DNA of 63,663 nt, counting the filler, from Intoshia linei (lineage: Eukaryota > Animalia > Orthonectida): NCBI GenBank assembly GCA_001642005.1. It is 7 parts of 7 records of this genome, joined end to end, with 100 filler letters (N's around TTAATTAATTAA, not from the genome) between each part and the next. Parts side by side here need not be neighbours in the genome. Positions count along the whole stretch, not along the records: positions 1 to 10,601 come from LWCA01001258.1; positions 10,702 to 22,301 come from LWCA01001153.1; 5 more parts are not named here. The stretch is one strand, 5' to 3'. This document shows positions 1-11,494 of this stretch, piece by piece. Made by a program: the position numbers and the translations under genes. The notes under the pieces are model-generated. The model did no database searches. It was given only the letters and a program-made list of their open reading frames with translations, and was not told the DNA's origin. Position 1 is the stretch's first letter; each line of letters begins with the position of its first letter.

Positions 1-718
1 TTTTAAAATAATAAATATTATCATAAATTTAAATTTAAAAAAATTATATCTTCAGGGCCGAAACCCCTTATTATCTTTTTTTAATGAAAACAGCCCTAGA
101 ATTGAAAAAGTTTTACAGGTGGTACAGTTGTATCCTGTTAACACGCACACTCAAAAATGTCAATCTGACGCCTTCACGGTCAAAAATGCATTTTAGTATT
201 CATATATTTTTTCCGAAATATTTTATTAAAACAAAAAATGTGAAAAAATTAACGGTCCGAAAATTAAAAAAAAAAGAGTATTCTGATAAACCTTATTTCA
301 GTTGATATAAATGAAAAATTTTATTTTATTTTTTTGAAGTAATGTGATATGACGGGTTCACCTGAAACACGTTTGGGAACCACTCTTTTAAAGGATTGAT
401 AATAGTGAATAGTAGGATTTTTAAGTTAGATTTTCAACGTGAATTTATAAAATAAAAAGATATATAATAGATATATAGGCGTAGAATAAAAATGTGACCT
501 CGATAGAGCTAGGTGGTGTTTGTACGTAGTACATAACAGTCAACCTAGTATAGTATATACATATAGTTCCCAAAGTAAGATTTTTGTATATTTATGGATA
601 TTAGCTATTTGCATTGTAATTTAACATTTCAAGTATAAACCCTGACTCCGTTTAATATTTTATGGGAACCACAAGTATAACATTTTCAAATTACTTATAA
701 TTTATATTATTTTTGTAG

Positions 719-2289
719 GAGGTGCGGTATATTCTCCAGCAATGACTGATTTTGTATTTATGGTTCGAGATACATCGTATTTGTTCATAACAGGACCAGA
801 TATAGTTAAAGTAATGAATCTATACTAAGATCTGATAAATTTTGTAACCACGGGTCAGTGATTTCAAGTTAATTTTGTGCGAAACACTCAAAACTCAGAA
901 CACGTAATTATTAAGGCATGTTATCAAAAAATTATCTCTAGATTATAAATCTTTCAAATTTTTCATTGGGACCGGTGGTGGTACATTTTTAACATTCACC
1001 TGTAATTTCTATGTTAACCTTAACGTAATTCATTAATCTGACCAAAATATTTTTAGAGTGTTACTAATGAAGTAGTCGATGCAAACAGTCTAGGAGGATC
1101 CGAGGTACATATGAAAAAATCAGGTGTTTGTCACGTTGCATTTGACAACGATATAAAGGCACTTTTGGGTGTGCGTGATTTAATGAAATACGTTCCATCA
1201 AATAACGGATTGTCTGATGGTTTTAAAAGGCAATTGCAAGTGAACACTGCTTCGAAAATGGAAAGCTTGGAAAAAGAAGAAGAAATTGGTTTATTGAACA
1301 CTATAATTCCTCTCGATTCTACTAAAGCATATGACATGTTATCGATAATCAAAGCTGTAAAATATATTTTTTTATTATAAAGATGTGTAGGTTATAGATG
1401 ACGAAATTTTTTTTGAAATACAACCTGATTTTGCCAAAAATATAATTACATTATTTTCTAAAATTGGCAATCAAAACGTTGGAATTGTGGCTAACCAACC
1501 AAAGATATTGGCTGGGTGTTTGGATATTAATGCTTCAGTTAAAGCTGCAAGATTTATTCGATTCTGTGATGCATTTTCAATTCCTTTAATTACGTTTGTG
1601 GATGTTCCTGGCTTTCTTCCAGGTACGACTCAAGAATATGGAGGGATTATAAGGTTTTTAAATTTTGTGTTATTTTGTTTACTATTTTTTACTAGACATG
1701 GGTCTAAATTATTGTACGCCTATGCTGAAGCTACAACACTAAAAATTACAATTATAACGAGAAAAGCTTATGGAGGAGCTTATGATGGTTTTATTTCATA
1801 TTTACATATCTACAATTTTATATAATAAAATGTCTAATCTTTATTTTTTTAGTAATGAGCTCTAAACATTTAAGAGGCGACAAAAATTACGCTTGGCCTA
1901 ATGCTGAAATTGCAGTCATGGGAGCAAGTGGTGCAACTAAAATAATTTTTAGAAATTTAAAGCAAGATGAAATTAAAATTGCAGAACAAGACTATATAAA
2001 CAAATTTGCAAATCCTATGCCTGCAGCAACCAGAGGTAAATGTATTCTAGTTGTACAATAAAGACTTCTATCTTACCGAATCGTACTTTAGACCATGTTA
2101 TAGAACACTACATGTACTATTGCGATTACTGAAGAGTACAATATACATTGTAATTTTAAAATTTTAGGTTATGTCGATTCCATTATAAACCCTAGCAAGA
2201 CTCGCCATATTATTCTACAAGATTTAGATTTTTTAAAAACAAAAAATGTCAAAAATCCTTTAAAGAAACATGGAAATATTGCTTTATAA
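719..2289 (+). CDS. PCCB: Propionyl-CoA carboxylase beta chain, 3' part (exons 719-810, 1057-1356, 1391-1653, 1696-1787, 1853-2035, 2168-2289)
   Basis: Spliced translation gives [12 protein letters not shown]...[65 protein letters not shown] and C-terminal KKHGNIAL*. All introns are GT-AG with compatible phases. The 5' exons lie outside the window. Confidence 0.95.
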
Positions 2290-2300
2290 AGTGTGTATCC

Positions 2301-2313
2301 AATAAATTTTATT
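2301..2313. terminator. Back-to-back polyadenylation signals for PCCB (+) and LRRC51 (-)
   Basis: AATAAA at 2301-2306 on plus; AATAAA at 2313-2308 on minus, overlapping the LRRC51 stop codon. Confidence 0.55.
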
Positions 2314-3437
2314 TTTTTATATTTGACGCCAAATCTCGTTCTTCTTTGGTCACTAATGTGAAATCCAAATTCTTTAATTGTGGTATTTGTTTTATTATTA
2401 TTTGTCTATAGTTCTAAATATTCAAATGATTAAAATTTTATTAATTTACAAACAATGTCATTGAAATAAAAATTAAGCATCAAAATTTAAATTAAATCAT
2501 CCACATTCATATACATTGTACACTTTTATTCACAATTCAAAAATCTTGTTCACAACGTCTGAAATTAAAATTCGATTTTTGATATTTTTTGTTTATTTTA
2601 GTTTTTAAAATTTAATTTCTGGAATTCAAGCTATTAAAAAAATATATGGAAACATTTTCCATCGGAAAAACTAGCTACTGTTTTTACAGAGTACAAAATG
2701 GAATCTAAAAATTTACATTATTTTGATGCTAAGTTCAATATTAACTACAAACACGTAGATATCAATTTGAGAACTCTACGTTTTATCTGTAAAAAAATAT
2801 TACAATTTTTGTTTCTGATAACGGATTAGCATGGAGTGTCAATTTTCTTAAAAAAGAAAACTTTGCTAATTTAATTACTTCATTAATATTTGAAATTTTG
2901 TTATTGTGAAGATTTAGTATATTAAGGTTCACAAATTCCAATAGATTCTAAATAAATTAAACTGTAAATGTAATCACATTACATAGTAATATTGATAAGG
3001 GTATTCTGAAAACCACAGTACCAGCCACTCACTTATATCACCCATTTTAATGAATTTTAGACTAATTTGTTTAGAAAATGAATAGATTAGTTTTTTACTG
3101 AATCGATATTTTCAATTTGGTTGCTCGATAAATCTAACCAGGATATTTTATTAATTTGGTATATAAAATTTTGAAAAATTGTGACAAATCCTGTTAAATC
3201 TGAAATTTTGTTATTGTTTAATTTGAGGCAATTTGAATCATAATAATCGTTTTGGTCCTGTCTTAAAACTGTCCTAGATATATCTTTTGGTGAACGAGGT
3301 TCCATTTTTATCACATCTGTTAAAATACATTAATTACAAATTTTTACCATATTAATACCATTTAAATTTTCAATTTCTAAAAATGAATAATTAATATTTT
3401 TAAGTTTAATGGGGTTTTTATTAGTTTCATTCTTCAT
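2309..3437 (-). CDS. LRRC51: LRRC51-like ciliary leucine-rich-repeat protein (exons 3437-3359, 3316-3099, 2947-2804, 2413-2309)
   Basis: Spliced product NYSFLEIENLNDVIKMEPR...LKLNNNKI...ISWLDLSSNQI...ILNLHNNKI...LRKLTLHANPL...YRQIIIKQIPQLKNLDFTLVTKEER follows LRRC51 (DYSF..EEPR..LWLNNN..WIDLSFN..LTLHGNP..YRQYV..FDFSGVTK) along its whole length. Confidence 0.85.
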
Positions 3438-3504
3438 GTTGTGAAATGATAAGCAACTCGTAAATTAAATATTTATTAGTTGATATAGATAACTAAACAA
3501 AATA

Positions 3505-6500
3505 TTATCGTTTTTTATGTCTATATTTAAGAGTATTTCGTAAAATTTTTTTTTCTATCGGTGCTGTGGAAGATGATACTGAAATATCAGTGGATACGTT
3601 AAAATTTGGTTGATTTAAATTTTCAAGGTTGGTATTTTCCACGTTAAAATTTAAGGAATCTGATAGAGTTTTTTTACTTTTAAATACAAATCTCTTTTCA
3701 TTAATAATTGGACTGTTGAACGACGATCTAACCTGTCTTAGGGCTTTGTGTGAATTTAGATAAAAATTTTTAGATTTGTTGTTGGAGTGCAATTCTTTTG
3801 GAGGTACCGTCAGATATCTAGTATTTTTATAAAATGTTTGGAGGGTATTAAGTGTATTATATTCATTAATTGTATTGGCAGATTTGGTCAAATTTGTATT
3901 GGAATTATCAACTAAATTAAATCAAATTATCTACATACATTATATAAAGGTGACCCCGTGTCAATCAATTTTATCGTGACGATTATAATCATGTTAGTTT
4001 TATCACAATTAAATTCATAAAATTTCTATTTATCATGATTGTTTTTATCAGTGTTTGTGTTTATAACGATTTTATCATAATTAAATTGTGAATTAAAAAC
4101 TACAAAATTATAGAAATAACAGTTGATTAAATTAAAAAATGCGTGAAAACGAGATATATAATTAATACTACTCCAAATATTTTATATTCAAAGCTACACT
4201 ATAGATGTAATTGAATTTTATGATCCGCAATATAGTGAAAATTATATTTGTGGGTAACATAATTATTTTAATGTGATAATTTGTTTCATAATTAAGTCCT
4301 TTATAAGGCGAATTTTCCTCAAAGTATATATTACGTTAGAAATCACGTTTGTCATAAAGTTTAAACGTTGATTTTCCAAACGGAATGTTAAGTATTTGTT
4401 TGGTTTTTTTTAATAATAAAATTCCCTGACTCAATTCTTTCTATTTAACAAACCATAAAAACAACAGACTACCGTGTATCTGTTTCTGTGTTGATGTAGA
4501 CATGATGGAGAATTAAAGTAACCATTTTAAAAGCTCCGTGAATTATACAGTCACCGGAACTTTCCCGTCATCACATTTTATTCTTGTTATCTATTTATCC
4601 ATATGACGTCATCGTATTAAAGGTATCAGAACGGTTAACACATATTCAATACAATACTGGATGGCTAAACACAGTATATATGGATCAGGATAAAAATTAT
4701 TATATATTCTTCTACAAAACAAGGCATTCAGTAAAAGAAATGATAAGCAAATATAAAACATTATATCAATGAATGAAAAGTAGTTTAGATAGCGAAATAT
4801 ATATCTAACTGACTCACGTGTAAAAATAACTGTCAACGATTAAATAATAAGAGCGCGTAATAAACATCATACAATCTGATTCATTTTCATGAAAATTGTG
4901 AGAAAAACTGATTAACATGATTATAATATATGTGATAGAAAATTTACCCGATAACACCAAAATGTTGCGATATATCTAAAATTAATCAACCCTCCTGATG
5001 TATTGTATTTAAATTTAAACTAGATTGTCGGTATTGAGCTGTGAACTAAAGTAGTTAAGTCTGCTCTAAAGAAGGTTTCCAAAAGTTTTAAAATAAATCC
5101 AATTCAAAAAAAATAAAATTTAAAATAATCAAACACACTTGAAATAATAAAATTGACATTATAAATAAATTAAAGTATAAAATGTATACTTTATATCTTT
5201 ATTGTTATATATTTCTTAGATTCTAAACCACAGAGTGCAAAAAATTCAAATATAAAATTTATAGCAAATTTATGTTTAAATTACATTTTAAAAACGATAG
5301 TTATAAATCTTTTTGAATAATGAAAATTGAATAAAATTTTCTTCAACTTAATTTTGTGATTTAAAAAATGCCATCAAAGATATAAATATCAGAGATTGTT
5401 ATGAAATTTTAAATTATAAAGTAGTAATATGCTTTATTTATCTTAATAATGTGTCATAATTTGCAAAATATTGATTATTAAAATGGTGATACAGACTGTA
5501 TATTTGATGCAATGCATGACTGTATCATACAGTGATATCTCGATTTAATCACGTTCGATTACTTAAATTTTAGTTTATTTAGAAACAATTTTAAGCCAAA
5601 AATATTTTTTGCAATCATAAATATGTAATTTTGACATTACATTTTAAATTAAATTTTAACTCCAAATAAACTAAAATTAAAGTAATCGAACGTGACTAAA
5701 TCGATATATCACTACGTTTTAGACTTAACTTTCTCTATTATTCAATAATGTACAATCAATGTGTATCAATCAGTACAATGGATCTTACTTTTAATAAATT
5801 TAAAGTATCGTTTTTTGCCAATATATTCAAATTTTTCCTTGACGGCTGGATAATTTTGCAGCAACACCAGCAAGTTTTTTTTAGACAAACTCAATAAATT
5901 GGAATAACCTACAGATCTAACATTAGCTGATCGTCTATTGACATTATAAATGTTGAATATTGCCAATTCTCCAAAATATGTGCCTTTGGTCAAAGTAGCT
6001 ATAATGTCCTTCTTATCTGGACGTTCTATCTCTTCAAAGTTTTTAGATTCTTTAATATTTTCAATAACTTCGATTTTCCCGTCTACTATTATATACATGT
6101 CTACGCCAATATCATTTTTGAAAAATACATAATCGTTTGGACAAAATGTTTGAGGTTGTAGTTTTTCGACCAATTTTTCAATGAAACCTATTTCGGCATT
6201 TTCAAACAAGTCTATTTTCGACAATATGTCAGAATAGGATAATAATTGAATTCTAATTTGTATTTTTCGGGGTAGGAAGGAAAAGTTTATTTTTTCATCA
6301 ATGGTATTTTTATTGTACCATAGGTAATCGTAATAATTTATTATTTTTTTCTCCATGTCTTTTGAAATGTTTCGTTTTCTTAGGAAGGATTTTGTCATTT
6401 CCAATTTATCTAATTTTAAAATTAAATGTTTTTACAAAAATATTGCATGATCTACAATGTACATCCGTGAGTGAGTGACCGTAAAATCCGTAATGTGATA

Positions 6501-9132
6501 TAACGTCTACCCACCTTCACGGTATTGAAATTTTAAATTTAACACGGAATAAGATGACTCATCATATTGAAAATTATAATTTTTTTAATGTTGTATTTGA
6601 TATTATTAGAAAAAACAATGGTTACGAAGAGAGTCTAGATAGGTTTGGTTATGCATAGATTATATCGAATGCATTACTTGCTTACATTCATCAGAGTTTT
6701 TTAAAGAAGCGATTATTTGGTCATTATATTTTTAATTCTTTTTCACAGAATCTTTTACAGTGATTTGCATTTTCCGTAAAACACCCAAAATAAGAAAAAA
6801 TTTAAATTAATTAAATTATACATTATATATATACAATTAAATGTTATTATTATTTTTCAATGTAAAATGTACAAATTACATATAGTAACTTTATTATGTT
6901 AGATTTTAAATTACATTTTTCCCACATTAAACATACGTTTATATTATATTTTAAAATCGATAGTTACAAAGTTGTTTTCAATTTCAATTTAATATTGATG
7001 AAATTGCATCAGTATTGAGAAGCTTGTAGGAATTGTACATTTTGAACTCATAGGACTTAGTTTTTTAAGTGATCGGGAACTCAAACATTCAAGTTTATAT
7101 AAGTCAAAGATTTAAAATGAAATGAATTTTAGTAATGAATTGTCTATTAAGATTACCGTACTGGAGACTCAAGTCTTAATTCAAGTTTTAATTCTTTCTT
7201 GTATTTCCTATAAATATTAGTTAAGATAGGGTGGCCAGATGAAATATGTATTATCAATTGTGTTTACAAATTTCAAGCCAAAAATATTTTTTTGAAATCT
7301 AGTCTATATCTTATATATGTAATTTTGCCATTAAACCAACTAAATTTAATTGTATTATCCACATATCTTATCTTACGAACCGTTAAATTTGTTAATGTAA
7401 ATCACAGTGTCACTCAACCTTTTTTCTACTGGAGTGGACTTGAAAGCAATGTCAATGTCATGACTCATGAGGAGTAAATAATAAAATTGGAATCGTTTTA
7501 TATTTATTGTGTATGTAGTATTATTCTACAACAGGACCTGAATCACGATTCTGTCCTCAACTTCGTCTTCGGATCGCATTGATGACATATTTAAAGTTCA
7601 TATTCTTGCTAGTGTTGGGATTACATTTCTATAAATGTTACTACTGACTGATTGATATATATGGAAATTTAAAGTTTGTGCTACGAAGCGTGTTGAAGTA
7701 ATTTTTAAAGTTTGTATTCGGTGTTTCTGACAAACGATTTTATTTTAGATAATATTTCTCACAACTCAAGTTTTAATGCAATAAACTGCAATGAGAATAT
7801 ATAGTGTAGGTAGATTCTGCTGTACAAGTTCCACCATACATGGTACCAGGTCAACAAGATAGGACAGTTTTACCCGATTGTTATCAACATAACAATGATA
7901 AACATACAATTATACTAACATCTAATAGAATTACCTTTATATTTTCCATTCTCTTTTCTATCGTTTGAAACAAGTGTAACTATATGCATTAATATGAAAA
8001 AATAGAAAATTAAAACGCATGATGATAAAAATATACAGAAAATGTGTTGATTTATTGTAATCGGTTTCGGTAAGATCTAAATTAAATCAGGTATAATATT
8101 AAATATAGATGGAAATCAAAATGTAGCTACGAAAGAAGAATTTCATTTACTATAGATTAATATAAATCTTTAAAAATAACTAGACAATATTATTAAATAT
8201 TGTTTGTCTTCTAGGCTTAGACATGAGTGCTTTTGCACTCATTGAACCGAACGTATTTATTTTTTATTTAAAAATTATAATAAATATAAAAAATTACTGT
8301 GCTAAATGAGCAGAATAACTGAAGACTCCAATATAAACTAATAATGTAAGATGTAACCAAGCCCTCTTCCGGGTGGAATTCTAATTCTGGAAACCAGCTT
8401 ATATTATGAAATTTATTCACAAAAAGGTGCATAATGCACGCATTCCTAATTAATAGAATTATAAATATTAAAATATTATTACCAATGAAACATGAAATAC
8501 ACTAGAAAAAGTACTAAAAACATACGAAATATTTTAGGGTACGTCATGTGCCTTTCTAGAGCTTCAATGAAATAATTGACAGTAACGATTTTGAGCAATC
8601 TAGCACATCTCAAAATGGATATAAAACCAAATGAAACGTATAAAATTTCAAAAGGAGTAAGACTGATTAGATCAACATAGAATTTAACTGAATTTTTGTA
8701 ATGAAGACGGATGAGTTTGAGATTTTTTTCAAGAATTCCATTTAAATAGTATGCTGTTTTCAATTCAATAAGTATATCAACAATATATGTAAAATCAGCT
8801 ATACTATCCAAGATTAACCAAAAATATATTGTAGATTGATTGATTTCAGACATGGAAAATCGAAATATTATTACCCAAAGATTATAACAATAAAACATTG
8901 TGGTTATACCTAAAAAATTAATTTTTTTTAAACAAAAAGTGTCATTACCTGACCAAATACATTTAAATCTACCCCATGGTTCAAATACATAATTTCTAGT
9001 TGAATTGACGGCATTCCGAATCGTTTTTATAGATTTTTTATTAGATATGAATGGTTCAGTCTCTATGGCAATTTTATCATCATTAGGATTTTGAAGAATT
9101 TCTATAGCCTTTTTTTCAATTTTTGATGTCAT
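3505..9132 (-). CDS. Cyclic-nucleotide-gated channel subunit, divergent (exons 9132-8949, 8909-8483, 8445-8298, 8076-7935, 6409-5789, 3911-3505)
   Basis: S1-S4 with YNLWVIIFRF, DFTYIVDI, FYVDLISLTP, LRCARLLK; S5 HWNAC; pore helix YWS; C-linker YYDYLW; CNBD FGELAI...RRSANVRS. Splice phases are consistent. Confidence 0.88.
3950..4950. mobile_element. Decayed DNA transposon (MULE-like) in the last CNG intron
   Basis: Imperfect ~60-bp inverted ends (ttataatcatgttagttttatcacaatt near 3984 vs aattgtgagaaaaactgattaacatgattataa near 4894) around broken ORF fragments. The family assignment is tentative. Confidence 0.4.
5530..5714. mobile_element. Pogo/Tigger-type MITE
   Basis: TA|CAGTGATATCTCGATTTAATCACGTTCGATTACTT... 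pairs with ...AAGTAATCGAACGTGACTAAATCGATATATCACTA; about 50-bp imperfect TIRs. Confidence 0.7.
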
Positions 9133-9992
9133 GTTTTAAATTCGCTTCAATTTTAGTCATATTTTCTATAAAGGTAATTATATATTCATTTAATGATTAT
9201 ATTGATTTTACAGTTTAATTAGACTACAATTTTATATTGAATAAATATGTAATCCAGTACACATTTTTCTTGCGTCTATTGATCATTGGTATTATTATTG
9301 TAAAATGATATTGAATTTGATTGATGATACTACCCAAATTAATTACATTACTATTGATTAGCACTTTGACATGCTAATGAATTTGTCTCACGTACGTAAA
9401 GTAAATTGGTTTGAAATGAATAGATTTATTATTTGTTAATTTTAATTTATTAAAATGATATTACTTTCAATAATATTAATAATATCATTGTAATTTTTAA
9501 ATTTTATAACATTTTTAATCTTTTAAATCGTTAATCTTATGTTGTGCGGGTTCATGCAATGAATTAATCACTTTAATATAAATCTCTATGTGACTGAATT
9601 ATGCTAATTTATATAATAAATTGGATTAAATAGTTACATCAAAATTGTAAGTTTAATCCGTCGATTTATAATACTTTTTCATTTTTCTACAAAATATTAA
9701 TCAATACATTCATATTTATATCAATAAAAACGAACAAGGTTATAATATGATCTATGCATACCACTTATTATAAACTTTAAGTGAGTGATGACATTTATTA
9801 GATATATTTAAATATATCTATTTCAAGTTATGCTTCGTGATCAAATATATCATGGATTGGGGATTATAAAAACCTACATATTATCCAAAATTTAATCAAA
9901 AAATGTAATTTTATTTCAGATATAACATAGAAATTAAAATTTTGTTATTAGAAAAAATTCGTTGAGCGAAAAATAATAATATTTTAACGGGG

Positions 9993-10601
9993 TGTAATGA
10001 GTAATGTGACAATAATTTATTAAATACAAAAAATTATACATTAAAGCTTTTCATAGCATATATTTGTAAAAGTGACGTGGACGATTCGTGTAACTATTGT
10101 AATAAAGTTGCATGATAATAATTGGTTAATAGTAACGCTACACCTCCCCCAGGCGTGAAAGATAATGGGGAGCATCAAAATCAAATATCATTGTAATTAG
10201 CAAAAATATCATCTAATTTTGACCTGACTGCGGCACAACGTGTATCGGAATATTCAGAAAGTACAGTATCTATTTCCTTTTTGATTTTTTCACGTGATGT
10301 GGTAGGTAAACGCCATAATTTCATTTGTGGTCTGACAGATAAAATATCTTCTAAATCACTATCGGATGATTGGTCAGCGGCTACAAGGATTGTAGAAGCT
10401 GGTTCAAGAGTAACAATATAGTTACTACCGGTATAAAAATCATCATATTTTTTACGAGTAGACACGGGAGATGTAGGTGACAATGAACTATTTGTTTTGT
10501 CGTTATTTGCAAGTGAGGCAGGATTAACATGGTCAGAATTGGTTTCCTGAATGATAGAGTCATTTAATGTAGTATGATTGGCTACATTCGTATCCTGATT
10601 T
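9993..10601 (-). mobile_element. 3' end of an LTR retrotransposon: ORF tail, polypurine tract and ~150-bp LTR
   Basis: On the minus strand the ORF is open from the contig edge to the stop at 10181. GGGGGAGG (10150-10143) is immediately followed by TGTAGCG...AATAAA...CATTACA (10142-9993), with TGTA/TACA termini. Confidence 0.65.
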
Positions 10602-10701
10602 NNNNNNNNNNNNNNNNNNNNNNNNNNNNNNNNNNNNNNNNNNNNTTAATTAATTAANNNNNNNNNNNNNNNNNNNNNNNNNNNNNNNNNNNNNNNNNNN
10701 N
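10602..10701. other. Artificial contig spacer (44N-TTAATTAATTAA-44N); identical spacers at 22302-22401, 43945-44044, 46444-46543, 54406-54505, 61963-62062
   Basis: The same 100-nt structure occurs six times. TTAATTAATTAA puts stops in all six frames, and genes are truncated at these points. Confidence 0.97.
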
Positions 10702-10905
10702 ATTCCTTTGTAAAAGGATTAAAAATTTAGCAGAAGTTATCGAACTTCAAGTTATAAATGAACTTCGAAAAAGCCTAGTAAAATATAGTTTACAATTGGA
10801 TGAATCTACTGATGTGTTTGATAGATAATTTGTGAATGATAACATTAAGGAGGAATATCTGTTTTGTGAGTCATTAAATAAAACTACAAGAGAATTGATG
10901 TATTC
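10702..10905 (+). pseudogene. hAT (Buster/ZBED5-type) transposase fragment
   Basis: YSLQLDESTDV followed by a frameshifted NDNIKEEYLFCESLNKTT. Confidence 0.75.
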
Positions 10906-11199
10906 GAAATATATTATATATTAATACATTAAAATATATATAAAATTTTTTAAGGGCCCTATAATTTACTTGGGCCCCCAAATAGAAAATTTTTTACATA
11001 GTCTCTTGATTTTTCTAGTGGCTTTTTGGGAAATATATTATATATGACTATAATAGATTTAAATGTCATATTTGGTGGTTTTTGGTGTAGTATGCTTAAT
11101 ATCTATCCATTTGTGACTGAAATTGCCCTTGAAGTAATTATTAATTTTGTTACAACATACAGTAGTATATGATATATGAGTTTTATGAAATAAAATTTT

Positions 11200-11392
11200 T
11201 TTTCAGTTTCATTTTATACAGAACATTTAATTTAAATACTGACAATCAATTATTTATACTGACACCTTGTCAATTGGCACCTAAATACTGACAAACCATC
11301 TACAATACTGAAATTTCAATGTTTCTACTGACAAACCATCACCAATACTGAAAAATCAATAAGAAAAATACTGACGCGATAAATGCACGCCA
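11200..11392. repeat. Array of (AA)TACTGAC(A) motifs; related arrays at ~33460-33910 and ~48905-49090
   Basis: Repeated tactgac cores. 11200-11245 matches 33501-33550 in inverted orientation. These are probably subterminal repeats of a DNA transposon. Confidence 0.6.
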
Positions 11393-11494
11393 TTAAAATT
11401 TATTTAAATAAATTTGTTCAATTGTTATGCAAAAGTTTTCCGCTACTACCTAATTCGTCTATTTTCTTAGTCTTTAACATTATATTTGAATAGT

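Noticed and set aside
84-305. 73-aa ORF
   Set aside because: It lies in repeat sequence shared with 61390-61650 and has no recognisable protein motif.
10646-10657. Recurrent TTAATTAATTAA palindrome as a biological motif or CRISPR-like repeat
   Set aside because: Always centred in exactly 44+44 Ns; it is an assembly linker.
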